Assembly: GCA_965222605.1 (NCBI GenBank)
Contig: OZ244960.1
Span: forward strand, 1,056,001-1,120,000
Origin: Candidatus Latescibacterota bacterium
Lineage (GTDB): Bacteria; Latescibacterota; UBA2968
DNA length: 64,000 bases
Direction of reading: 5' to 3'
Position numbers and translations under genes: made by a program. The notes beneath the pieces are model-generated. The model worked only from the letters and a program-made list of their open reading frames with translations. It was not told where the DNA came from and searched no databases. Shown piece by piece: positions 37,912 to 47,745 of the stretch; position 1 is the stretch's first letter; each line of letters starts with the position of its first letter.

Positions 37912-38259
37912 CACGATTTCCAAAAGACTCGGTGCGTCTGTTGAGCAATGGATAATGTGAGCGGTATTGGAAGTGTTCCTGACAAAACACGGAAACTGTC
38001 TCTATGGAGATAGACAATTGCGGGATTATGTCTATATCTTTTTGCGCCTGAAAACCCGACAAAACCCCCGGGATCCTTACCGCTGCCAAACCTCTATTTC
38101 AAGTCGATGAGGATCAAACTCACCGCCAGCGCAATGCCGTTCACAGCAGCGTGAATCGCCGCGGTCGTCCAAGCAGAGAGACCGAAAACGCGCTGAAAGT
38201 GCTCCCGAATCACATTAGAACCAAAGACATCAAGGACTCTATCCACTTGACCGCACATT

Positions 38260-40656
38260 TCATTCATATCGCAGAGCATCTATAGGATTAGCTACTGCTA
38301 TCTTTAGTGCCTGATAACCTACTATCATTAAAGCAATGAAGGCAATTAAAAGGCTTCCTGCTATGAAAATTCCAAGGCCAATATCCACACGATAAGTAAA
38401 ACTCTGAAGCCACCATTGTATAGTATAATAGGATACTGGCCATGCTATACTACTCGCAAGAATGACGAGTTTCAAATGTTCTTTTGATAGCAGCATAACC
38501 AGATTTCCTATAGATGCACCCAAAACTTTCCGAATACCAATTTCTTTTGTTCTTCTTTGTGCAGTGTATAGGGCAAGTCCCCAAAGCCCTAAGCAAGCAA
38601 TGCAGATGGCCAACAAAGTAAATCCTCCAATAAGAATACCAATTTTTCTATCTTGCTCATATTGGCTTTTCATTAATTCATCTAAGAAAAAATATTCAAA
38701 AGGTTTGTTGGGATAAAATTGTCGCCATGTCTGTTTGAGGTAATCTAAGGTTTCCAAAGTCCGTCTTTGTGTGGTTTTAACGAGAACGTACCGAAATTCT
38801 GAAGGAGAAATATGAAAGATAGTCGGTTCAATTTTTTGATAAAGCGTCTGCATATGAAAATCCTGAACTATCCCAATTATCCTTCCTGTTTTTTTGGACT
38901 TCCTTTGACTCTTTTTTTCTAAAACGAGTTGCTTGCCTAAAGCTTCGTCAGGTGACGACCATCCAAGATATCCTACCGCACTTTCATTTATTATGAGACT
39001 TGCATGTACATCACTCAGAACTTGATTCTTTGAAAAAACTCTACCAGCTACAAGATCTATACTCAATGTTTCTATAAAATTTTGATCGATACTATATACG
39101 GGCAAGGTAGCTGATTCGCTGATAGTCTTCCCTTCCCGTAGCACCACTCGTTTGGGTAATGCAAAGCCAGGAGGCAATCGAAAAGGCACATCTGATGATA
39201 CTGCTACATCGAGGATGCCCGGATAATGCAAAAGTTGGCCTTTGACCACATCGTATTGGTTCTCAAGAATATAACCGTAAAAAGGCATGGCAATAATCTG
39301 ATCTTTATTAAATTTCAGATCCTTAGTTTGTACATAATTCATCTGGTCGTATATTTTACTTGTACATATTACCAAAAATATGGTAACAGAAAATTGAAAT
39401 ACCACTAATGCTTTTCTGAATAGAACAGAATTAGACCCGATAAGTGATTTACCCTTTAGAATAATACTGGCTTCATAACTTGAGAGAAAAAGGGCGGGAT
39501 AAGAACCCGAGACCAAACCTATTATTAGAGGAATAAACACCAATTCCCATAAAGGCCAAAGAAAATTGAACTTCAAATTTGAGCCAAAATTAAATTGAAA
39601 ATAAAGTAATTCGATAAACATTATTGCCAATATTGACGCTAAAAATGACATCAGAACAGACTCGACCAGAAACTGTACTGCGAGCTGCCACCTGGAAGCA
39701 CCAACTGTTTTTCTTATTCCAATCTCTTTTGACCACTCTGCGGATCGCGCAGTAGATAAATTTGCGAAGTTTATACACGCAATGAGTAAAATAAAGACTG
39801 CTATTATCAAAAAAATACGAACATATCTAATGTTATTGTACGATTCAATATCAAGATCAAGATCTGAATACAGATATATTTCAGTTAACGGTTGAAGGTG
39901 GAACTCTGGAATCCATCCATTTGATTCCAAGTAAATCTCCTTTTTCTTGACAAAATCGGTTAATTTATCCTCCAAATTTTTTGGATTATAGCCCTCAGGC
40001 AACAAGAGATATGTATATAACAGAAGTTTTTGGTTCCAGTCCCTCATTACCTTTTGGCCCTGAATGGAAGCTAAAATATTGAATCTGATATGGGAATTAT
40101 GAGGCATTTCCTTTAGTACGCCGGTCACCTTATAGTCATAACGATTGTTGAATGTGAGTATCTTTCCCAAAGGGTTTTCTTGTCCAAAATATTTCTCTGC
40201 TATTTTGGTGGTTATAACAAGCGAAAAGGGTTCCGAGAGTGCAGTCTTGGGATCTCCATTAATTAAATGAAAATCGAAGACATCAAAAACATCTGTATCT
40301 ACATAAAAAAAAAATTCATTAAATCGTTTATTAGCATAATTGAGAGCTGTTCGGCCCTTCGCGAATCTTATGGCATGAATAATCTCTGGGAACTCCTCAC
40401 GGAGATTTATTGCCAAGGGTGGCGGAGATATAGGCACACGCTTAATCTGTCCTTCACTGCCCCTCTGTTCTTGGATTATTCTGTAAATTCTACTCCCATT
40501 CTTGTGAAAGTGATCATAACTAAGTTGGTCTTTTACAAATGCAACAATCAATAGACAACACGCAATACCAATCGATAAACCAAAGATATTGATAAAAAAA
40601 TATATCTTATGTCGTAGTAGGCGTCTGAATGCGGTGATGAAATAATTTTTTATCAT
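38260..40656 (-). CDS. ABC transporter permease (MacB/FtsX-like, duplicated)
   Basis: INIFGLSIGIACC, IACINF.NLSTAR...KEIGIRK..GA and a second RTKEIGIRKVLGAS; visibly AT-rich. Confidence 0.92.
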   Translation of the reverse strand: MIKNYFITAFRRLLRHKIYFFINIFGLSIGIACCLLIVAFVKDQLSYDHFHKNGSRIYRIIQEQRGSEGQIKRVPISPPPLAINLREEFPEIIHAIRFAKGRTALNYANKRFNEFFFYVDTDVFDVFDFHLINGDPKTALSEPFSLVITTKIAEKYFGQENPLGKILTFNNRYDYKVTGVLKEMPHNSHIRFNILASIQGQKVMRDWNQKLLLYTYLLLPEGYNPKNLEDKLTDFVKKKEIYLESNGWIPEFHLQPLTEIYLYSDLDLDIESYNNIRYVRIFLIIAVFILLIACINFANLSTARSAEWSKEIGIRKTVGASRWQLAVQFLVESVLMSFLASILAIMFIELLYFQFNFGSNLKFNFLWPLWELVFIPLIIGLVSGSYPALFLSSYEASIILKGKSLIGSNSVLFRKALVVFQFSVTIFLVICTSKIYDQMNYVQTKDLKFNKDQIIAMPFYGYILENQYDVVKGQLLHYPGILDVAVSSDVPFRLPPGFALPKRVVLREGKTISESATLPVYSIDQNFIETLSIDLVAGRVFSKNQVLSDVHASLIINESAVGYLGWSSPDEALGKQLVLEKKSQRKSKKTGRIIGIVQDFHMQTLYQKIEPTIFHISPSEFRYVLVKTTQRRTLETLDYLKQTWRQFYPNKPFEYFFLDELMKSQYEQDRKIGILIGGFTLLAICIACLGLWGLALYTAQRRTKEIGIRKVLGASIGNLVMLLSKEHLKLVILASSIAWPVSYYTIQWWLQSFTYRVDIGLGIFIAGSLLIAFIALMIVGYQALKIAVANPIDALRYE

Positions 40657-40712
40657 TGGTCAAGTCCTAATTGTCTATCCGCGACAAGGCTATTTGGAGT
40701 TACCCCGCTTTA

Positions 40713-42446
40713 GATGCTGTTGCCGAATTCTATGCGGCCAAAGCAGCAAAGGATGATGTTCGTGTGGTAGCCCGTGGCGTTTCATTGAGCCACTCATAAA
40801 CACGTTTCAAATTTATGGCCGCCGCTGTGGCTAAATGCTGAAAGTGAACCTTAACGGGATCACGATATCGCGTTTTTCGCATCCCTAAAGCGACGACTGC
40901 CTGGGACAGCGTGCCTTCTATACCGGCCCGAGCATGATATTTTTTCTTAAACTCGGGTAATTCTTGGCGTTGTCGTGCATCTTGTATGGCTTCGTGTTCT
41001 GCCTGCGGTTGTAAACTCACGCTTCGCCCCGTTGCACTTTGGGTGCATTTGATGCGAACCGGACAGGCATTACAGATTTTTGGCGGGAAAAATGCGCGAA
41101 TCATGGGATGACCATGTTGCGTCTTGCCTGTTCGCCAATAGCGATTCGTTTGTCCTTGGGGGCACGTTATTTTTTTCTTTGTCCAATCAATATGAAAATG
41201 GGTGATGTCAAAGCCTTGATCAGCCTGTGCTTGCCAACTGGTATCTGGTAGAACTGGACCGAGTAATTGGACGCCAAAAGTCTTTTGGCTCTCAACAAGG
41301 AGCGGACCACTCATATAGGCCGTATCTACAATATGCACAGTGGGTAAAAGTCCTTCTTCTTGCAAATCCTGGTGGATTGTTTGGGTTGCCAAGACATCCT
41401 GTTGAGGTGCTCGCCGTGTTTCTACGTGGACCACCAAGTTGGGTTGATCTTTCTCACATGTTTCAGTCATATGCACCTTGTAACCTAACCATCTTGTATC
41501 TCGCTTTCGTCCTTGCCGTGCCTGGCGATCATAGGGAGATGCGATAGGTAGGTGGTGGTGTCTGGTCGTTAGCGCGCCAATGCAGGTGACCCTCGACTTC
41601 GTAAAATTGTTGCACCCAGATCTGGCGTAGCGTTTCTACTGCTGGTAGAACATGGAGGCCATACCATTGTGGTTCGTCATAAATCCATTGTAAAAGTGTG
41701 CGTCCATCACGCCCAATCGCCTCAGCAAATAGGGTTCGTTCTCTTTCATCGGTGGGTAATCGCTGCTCATTGAGGGGTTGCCCATAGCGTTCTACCCATA
41801 CATCTTTGACTCGGCCTTGGAGAAATGGGGGTGCAGCTTTGGCTAGTGTTTCTAAGACCTGACGCACGGCTTCGCCGACTAATTCTAATCGATTTAACGA
41901 GCGAATCGCTGCCAAGATGTGCGTCGAATCGGTTCGCTGGCGACCCCGAGTATGGACAAAGCCCCGCTGGACGAAAAGCGTGAGCATGGTATCAACCAGG
42001 CGGTGGGTTGCTTGGTGTTGAATCAAACGCTTACGAAATTTGCATAACACAGAAAAATTAAAACCCGAATCCTCAAAATTTAAGCCTAACTTCCAATCTA
42101 TGCGACTTCGCACCGCGTCAGCCGTTTGCCGATCCGTCAAATTTTCAGCAAACTGCATAATCGTCACCAGGGCCAATCGCCAAGGACTCTCTGCGGATTG
42201 ACCACGACGTGGAAAGAGGTCTGCGAATTGAGCATTGTCATAAATGGAGCCTAACTCATCGCGCATCTTCATATAGATATTGTCTCTGGGAAAGGCGGCT
42301 TGGGCAATGCGAACGGTCTCTTCGGGTACGGGTTCAATTGGATCTTTGGGTAGGGACATGGATCACCTCGGTCAATGAAAGGGAAGAGGCACAAGGAACC
42401 AGAAACCCTACATGATATGGTCATTATTTAATTCGGCAACAGCATC
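40713..42446 (-). mobile_element. IS1182-like insertion sequence with 17-bp perfect terminal inverted repeats
   Basis: GATGCTGTTGCCGAATT (40713-40729) pairs with AATTCGGCAACAGCATC (42430-42446), enclosing a transposase. Confidence 0.85.
40730..42359 (-). pseudogene. IS1182 family DDE transposase, frameshifted near 41535
   Basis: Two ORFs (41529-42359 and 40730-41476); QRTDSTH, then YD..AR...KR.T.W.GYKVH.TETC in a shifted frame, then VDTAY and Y.ARAGIEGT.SQ. Confidence 0.85.
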
Positions 42447-42522
42447 GTTATGGTGGAGAGTTTAGAGCTTGGGATTCAAGCCCGTGATTGATGTAGCTTT
42501 TAGTAAGCCATCGTCGCGTAGC

Positions 42523-42579
42523 GATCACCGTGTCCGCGTTTTTCTTCGCGTGAAGGCATCCAGCTCATGCCGGACGGTT
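42523..42579. repeat. 57-bp imperfect direct repeat, copy 1 (integrase 3' end)
   Basis: 52/57 identical to 44470-44526 by manual alignment. Confidence 0.85.
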
Positions 42580-42797
42580 GAACTACTTGCGTAGTTGTAC
42601 CCCCCTTCACCAGACAGTTCGGCATAGCGCTGCGTTGTCTGCAAGTTGCGATGACCGAGTAGCCGGCGCACTGTGCCTATGCTCACTCCGCTGTTCACCA
42701 GCTCCGTCGCGGCCGTGTGCCGAAGCTGGTGGATCCCGCATTTGACCTCTGCTCGCTCACACAACTTGTTCCACTGATAATACGTGCTTCCACTCAC
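42525..42797 (-). pseudogene. Tyrosine recombinase C-terminal fragment
   Basis: HQLRHTAAT, LLGH and T.RY catalytic motifs are present; the N-terminal part is absent. Confidence 0.85.
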
Positions 42798-42800
42798 CTC

Positions 42801-44357
42801 TCACGCACATACGACCTCAAAGGCCGTTATATTGCGGGTGTTCTTGCTGAACTCTACGGCTATCAGGTAAATCGGCTGATCCAGACTCCGATATTTGTCC
42901 GCGTATCCCTTTGCTTGCAATTGCGCCATCGCCGCACCATCGGACGCCAGTTCCACCACCTTGAACTCGAACAGGTAGATGTTATCGTTGAAGTGTACAG
43001 CCATATCCACACGCCCATGGCTGCTGCTATCCTCTACCGTGATATTTAGACCCAGGCCCGCGAAATAGGAATAGAACACACTAACATAGTAGCCTTCAAA
43101 ATTGGCGATGTCGTTGTTGGTGTACCACTCATAAGGAATACTGGCAAAGAAGGCGTGGAATAGTGTCTTGAGTCCCTCGAAGTCGTTCGCCTCCAGCAGG
43201 CGGTAGAGTTGGACGCTGTTCGCCATCTGGCCGGACGAGTCTTTCACCAGGTAGCGCAATAGACTTCGGTTGAGGCTCTGGCGCACCTCCCGATTGGGAT
43301 AACCCAGTCGGTACAGGGATTCACCGCCAAGGTTCTCCTCACTGGTAATGGTCAGGTACCCAGTCTGAAACAACAGGGCCTCAGTCGCGATTTCATCCAC
43401 ATCGAAGGTCGATAGCAAGTCGCTACCGCCCATCATCTCGTCGAGTTTCAGGGAACTGACACGGCGTTTGAATAGGGTTTCGATGAGGAATGTCGGCGTA
43501 CCAGTCTCGAACCAATAGGCTTCGAAGCTATGCCTTCGGAACAGCAGGAGGATATCGAAGGGGTTATAGACCTTCTCCTCGCCCCGCCAGCTATAGCCGT
43601 TGTACCAGTCGCGGACCTCATCCCGATCCAGGCCGGGCAGTTCAGGCGCAAATACCGTGTCGAGGTCCTCCTCGGTGTAGCCGCAGATGGCGGAATATTG
43701 TGGATCAATGGTGATGTCTGTAAGATTGTTGAGGCCAGAGAAGAGGCGGACTTTGGAGAACTTGCTGACGCCAGTGAGGAATGTGAATTTGATATGGGCA
43801 TCACTGGACTTGATCGTCGAATACAGACCGCGCAGAAAGTCGCGGTTGGCACGGGCGACTTCAGGCTCATCCAGCACATCTAAGATCGGCTTGTCGTATT
43901 CATCAACAAGAACGACAACGCGCTGTCCCGCCTGGCTATGCAACATCTGGATGATATGGCGAAAGCGTGCTGAAGCAGTATCGTAGTGGCTTTCTACGCC
44001 TGTTTCTTTTTCTACAGCGTCCAGTTGTGCCATAACCTCTTTGTGCAAGATCTCCGACTCATTAAAATTGCCGCTGCCAAAGTCGAGTCGCAGGACAGGA
44101 TAGCGAACCTGCCAGTCCCAGTGGTCGTGGATGTGAAGCCCTTCGAACAGCGGCTCATTGCCCTCAAACAGTTCCTTCAGCGTGTCCAGAAACAGGCTTT
44201 TGCCAAAGCGACGCGGACGCGATAAAAAAAAGTGCGTGCCATCGTCGAGCAACTCCCGGATATAGGCTGTCTTATCGACATAGTAGCAGTTCTCCTCCTG
44301 AATTTTGCGGAAGGTCTGAATACCAATGGGCAGTCTGCGTTTGGTCATATTATGCAC
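42801..44357 (-). CDS. AAA-ATPase-like domain plus PD-(D/E)XK nuclease (AAA-ATPase_like / PDDEXK_9 architecture)
   Basis: LPIGIQTF, YYVDKT, RPRRFGKSL, VDEYDKP, YWFETG, YPNREV and GRVD....YLFEFK motifs. Confidence 0.92.
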   Translation of the reverse strand: MHNMTKRRLPIGIQTFRKIQEENCYYVDKTAYIRELLDDGTHFFLSRPRRFGKSLFLDTLKELFEGNEPLFEGLHIHDHWDWQVRYPVLRLDFGSGNFNESEILHKEVMAQLDAVEKETGVESHYDTASARFRHIIQMLHSQAGQRVVVLVDEYDKPILDVLDEPEVARANRDFLRGLYSTIKSSDAHIKFTFLTGVSKFSKVRLFSGLNNLTDITIDPQYSAICGYTEEDLDTVFAPELPGLDRDEVRDWYNGYSWRGEEKVYNPFDILLLFRRHSFEAYWFETGTPTFLIETLFKRRVSSLKLDEMMGGSDLLSTFDVDEIATEALLFQTGYLTITSEENLGGESLYRLGYPNREVRQSLNRSLLRYLVKDSSGQMANSVQLYRLLEANDFEGLKTLFHAFFASIPYEWYTNNDIANFEGYYVSVFYSYFAGLGLNITVEDSSSHGRVDMAVHFNDNIYLFEFKVVELASDGAAMAQLQAKGYADKYRSLDQPIYLIAVEFSKNTRNITAFEVVCA

Positions 44358-44469
44358 CTTTGTCTTTCGATCTCATCCAAAAGCGATTCTGTGTTTTTGT
44401 ACTTTCGCATTCATACACTGAGCATTTCCTATTTGCCATATCCGCCCGACAAAGGCCCTTCTCCTTTGG

Positions 44470-44526
44470 GATCACCGGGTCCGCGTTTTTCTTCGTGCGA
44501 AGGCACCCAGTTCATGCCGGACGGTT
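44470..44526. repeat. 57-bp imperfect direct repeat, copy 2 (integrase 3' end)
   Basis: On the minus strand it encodes ETVRHELGAFARRKTRTR*, matching TVRHELDAFTRRKTRTR* of copy 1. Confidence 0.85.
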
Positions 44527-44656
44527 TCAACGGTAGAATCGGCCATGGTTCCCCAGTTTTTGAATATAATGATAAATGACCTATTTGCAAATATCTGCAA
44601 TTTCCTCGAAAAAATAGGGGTTTGCATTCGATGTATTTTCACGTTTAACCTCTCCA

Positions 44657-45604
44657 TCACCGGATTTTTCCCCAAACAGCCGCCGCGGCGTGGACATCTT
44701 GAATCGCCAGACCGCTCGAATACGCAATACTTCCCTGCCCGCGCAAATGTTCCAAATATCCCAGTGCCGCATCCCCGATATTTAGTATCTCATCCTCCGC
44801 GCCTTTTACCCAGCGGGGCGTCTCATCTCTTTGGCGCAACGCGAGAAATTCGCCCGACTTCAGCACCTGCTCACCGTGATCAGGCACCACAAATCGCCGC
44901 GTCAACAATCCCGGATCCAATTGCGTGGAGCGCCCATCGCCCCCAATCACGGAAATATGCACATGGCTTTCGACATCGAATAAAATCGGCTCAGGCGTTG
45001 GCACAGAAGTAAAAATAGCATCTGCCCCATCAATACAGGTCTCGATATCTGCAACCATCTCCAGATCACAAGAAATATCCGCTCCAACAACTGCTGCATA
45101 CGCCGCGCGTCTCTCGACCGTTCTGCTCGTTACACGTAAGGTCTCTGGCGCCAAAACCACATCAATACACCTGCCCATTGCCTGTGCAATACGCCCCGTC
45201 CCCAGAATCGCCGCCGTGCGTACAGGCGTCTTCGCCAAATATTTCGCGCCCAACGCGCCCGCCGCGCCCGTACGCATATTGGTAATATACTCGGCATCCA
45301 ACGTGATTCGGTCGCCTCTCCGTACATCCTCCAACTCGATCACAGCGGTTCTCGAGCCCAACCGCCCTATCTTGACATCCGAACGCTCTTCAATAACTTT
45401 TTGTCCCGTAAATCTCCCCTTCCACCAGCCCGGCATCACCAGACGAAAAAGATCCATCTCCCCCTCGCGCGAAACTTCTTCTTTGCGCGGCGGATTGACC
45501 ATTTTTCCGAGGCCATAAAGCCGAAACGCCTCGTCGCAACTCTCGACAAAATCCCGCGTTGTCATTACCGAAGCAATTTGCTCATCTGAAATATACTGTC
45601 TCAT
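44657..45604 (-). CDS. Ornithine cyclodeaminase/mu-crystallin family protein
   Basis: IT.MRTGAAGA, AILGTG.IA and S.GLAIQD..AA motifs. Confidence 0.88.
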   Translation of the reverse strand: MRQYISDEQIASVMTTRDFVESCDEAFRLYGLGKMVNPPRKEEVSREGEMDLFRLVMPGWWKGRFTGQKVIEERSDVKIGRLGSRTAVIELEDVRRGDRITLDAEYITNMRTGAAGALGAKYLAKTPVRTAAILGTGRIAQAMGRCIDVVLAPETLRVTSRTVERRAAYAAVVGADISCDLEMVADIETCIDGADAIFTSVPTPEPILFDVESHVHISVIGGDGRSTQLDPGLLTRRFVVPDHGEQVLKSGEFLALRQRDETPRWVKGAEDEILNIGDAALGYLEHLRGQGSIAYSSGLAIQDVHAAAAVWGKIR

Positions 45605-45649
45605 GTATTACCTCACGTAAGAATGGGCGAAACCCACCAAACCACCCAA

Positions 45650-45677
45650 CGGACGGGCACGGGGGCGCCGCCCCTAC
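45650..45677 (-). repeat. REP-like element (GTAG plus GC-rich imperfect palindrome)
   Basis: Minus strand reads GTAGGGGCGGCGCCCCCGTGCCCGTCCG. Confidence 0.5.
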
Positions 45678-45726
45678 ATTGTATAGATGAACTGGCCTGA
45701 GAGTCGGCCAGTTGTACACCATTCCA

Positions 45727-45755
45727 TTGACATTTGTTTTTGGTCGGTCTATTTT
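45727..45755 (+). promoter_or_regulatory. Sigma-70-type promoter
   Basis: TTGACA-N17-TATTTT. Confidence 0.55.
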
Positions 45756-45807
45756 AGGACTACAAATGGGGATAAAATGTAACCTACTAAACCGGACGAG
45801 GTGATGA

Positions 45808-46569
45808 GTGAGATCATTTACACTCAAAACAGCCTCTCTAATCTTACTTTTGGGGGAGATTTTCATGGCACAATCAGCTTATGCCGATCGCCCAATGTAC
45901 TCTATTTATCGCGCAGGCACGCCAATTGTAATTGACGGACGCCTGGATGAACCTGCATGGGTCGCTGCCCCAGACGTGGGAGCCTTTGTATTTCCATGGT
46001 ACGAATCGGGAAAAAAAGAACAAACCATAGCCAAAATGCTGTGGGATGACACTTATTTATACGTCTCGTACATCTGTGAAGATGCACATATCTGGGCAGA
46101 ACACACCGCACGCGATTCCGACGTATGGAAAGATGACACCGTTGAGGTATTCACAGCACCCAATCCCAATCAGCCCCAGGCTTATTTTAATATTGAAATG
46201 AATGTACTCGGCATCTTTCTCGACCAGTTTCACCCACAAGGCCCGGACGCGCCCGTGCCCGGCGAGTGGAACGGCGAAGGTATTCAGATCAAGACGCAGA
46301 TAGTCGGCACATTGAACGATGACAGCGATGAAGATGAATACTGGATTTTGGAAGCGGCCATCCCCTTTGCAAATTTTGCACACGTCGCCGTGCATACCCC
46401 TCCAGAGATAGGTGACATCTGGCACCTGAATCTAAATCGTCTGGGCGGAAAAACCAATGAGCAATTTAGCCAGTGGTCGGGCAGCCGCACACCGCAGCCC
46501 CAATTTCATTCGCCAGATGATTTTGGGCGGGTGGTATTCTCGGATAAGGCGAGTCCATTTTGGCGGTAG
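45808..46569 (+). CDS. Carbohydrate-binding family 9-like (DOMON/CBM9) protein
   Basis: I.IDG.LDE.AW, LWDD.YLY, D.VEVF and E.AIPF motifs; possible signal peptide; start may instead be ATG 45865. Confidence 0.85.
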   Translation: MRSFTLKTASLILLLGEIFMAQSAYADRPMYSIYRAGTPIVIDGRLDEPAWVAAPDVGAFVFPWYESGKKEQTIAKMLWDDTYLYVSYICEDAHIWAEHTARDSDVWKDDTVEVFTAPNPNQPQAYFNIEMNVLGIFLDQFHPQGPDAPVPGEWNGEGIQIKTQIVGTLNDDSDEDEYWILEAAIPFANFAHVAVHTPPEIGDIWHLNLNRLGGKTNEQFSQWSGSRTPQPQFHSPDDFGRVVFSDKASPFWR

Positions 46570-46590
46570 AGGTCGGTTGCAAACCGACTC
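46566..46590 (+). repeat. REP-like element overlapping the stop codon
   Basis: GTAGAG-GTCGGTT-GCA-AACCGAC. Confidence 0.45.
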
Positions 46591-46623
46591 GCAAGACGCC
46601 CCATAGCCAAAAGGAGGAAAAAC

Positions 46624-47700
46624 ATGTCGCAGACATTGCCATTACTCGAAGTCAGTGGTTCGCCAACTGAGCGCGGTCAAGCGCATGGCGAGGCATTTAA
46701 GGAACTGATACGAGACCTTGTCGCAGTCAATTTTGAAGATATGGTACATGGAACACAGGGCTATCTGACAAAAGAACGCGTGTATGAAATTGTATCAACC
46801 TACACGGGACCCACGCGCGACTATGCACCCCATCTGTTTGAAGAGCTGGAAGGGATCGCTGAGGCAGCGGATGTACCCTTAGAAGACTTGCTCGCATTAA
46901 ATGCCTTTCTGGAATTACACGACTATTATTCCAATTCATTTCTGGTATCGGGTTGTACTTCATTCATGGTTCCGGGAAGCACATCGGGCGAAGGCGCGTT
47001 AATCGCGCAGAATTACGACCTCTCGTCAATCTATGCAGCAGCAGCAATTCTGGTCAAGGTCAAAAACGATCACGCCCCCGACGCGCTCTTTTACACATCT
47101 GCCGGGATGCTGGGCTGTGCGGGAGTGAACGACGAGGGCATTGGCGTGGTCATTAACAACCTCGTCCCATCAGATGCGAGCGGCGGTGTGCTTTATCCCT
47201 TCATCATTCGGCGTATCCTGGAATCCATGCGAATCGGCGATGCCATCGATGCAGTAGTAGCAAAACCGAGAGCATCGGGTATGAATTACGTGATGTGCGA
47301 TGAAAATGGCGAAATATACGATCTTGAAACCACGGCGAGAGAATACGAAGTCATCTGTCCCTTTGATGGTCCGATGGCCCATTCAAATCACTATCTGACG
47401 GACCGGCTCAAGCCCTTTGAGCGGCGTCAATGGGATCAACGCGGACAGAGCATCTTGCGCTGGGGACGTGCGACCCGGTTGTTAAAATCCTGCGACAAAC
47501 GCAATGCGGACGCGCTAAAAAATATGCTGTCAGATCGGGTAAATGCCCCCGTGGGAATATGCCGCCACAACGAAATTCACAATGGCGAAGCCTGCGGTCA
47601 GACCATTGCCGGCATTGTATTCGATCCCCCGGGACGAAAAGCGTGGTTTACCAAAGGGCCGCCCGGTGAAAATGAGTGGGTCGAATACTGTGTTGGATAA
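46624..47700 (+). CDS. C45 family autoproteolytic Ntn hydrolase/acyltransferase
   Basis: G...ERG.AHG, GCTS nucleophile, AQNYD, G.N..G and HSNHY motifs. Confidence 0.9.
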   Translation: MSQTLPLLEVSGSPTERGQAHGEAFKELIRDLVAVNFEDMVHGTQGYLTKERVYEIVSTYTGPTRDYAPHLFEELEGIAEAADVPLEDLLALNAFLELHDYYSNSFLVSGCTSFMVPGSTSGEGALIAQNYDLSSIYAAAAILVKVKNDHAPDALFYTSAGMLGCAGVNDEGIGVVINNLVPSDASGGVLYPFIIRRILESMRIGDAIDAVVAKPRASGMNYVMCDENGEIYDLETTAREYEVICPFDGPMAHSNHYLTDRLKPFERRQWDQRGQSILRWGRATRLLKSCDKRNADALKNMLSDRVNAPVGICRHNEIHNGEACGQTIAGIVFDPPGRKAWFTKGPPGENEWVEYCVG

Positions 47701-47745
47701 GGTATTTTTTCTTCAAATCCCTGGGTGAAAAATATAGGAGGACGG

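Noticed and set aside
38094-38259. Possible CPBP/CAAX protease C-terminal remnant (IHAAVN)
   Set aside because: Only a short HxxxN-like motif supports it, which is too weak to call
41529-41531. TGA in the transposase as a selenocysteine readthrough codon
   Set aside because: The downstream homology continues in a different frame, so this is a frameshift and not an in-frame UGA
36199-44600. Prophage or intact integrative element
   Set aside because: No structural, replication or conjugation genes and no full-length integrase; only remnants are present
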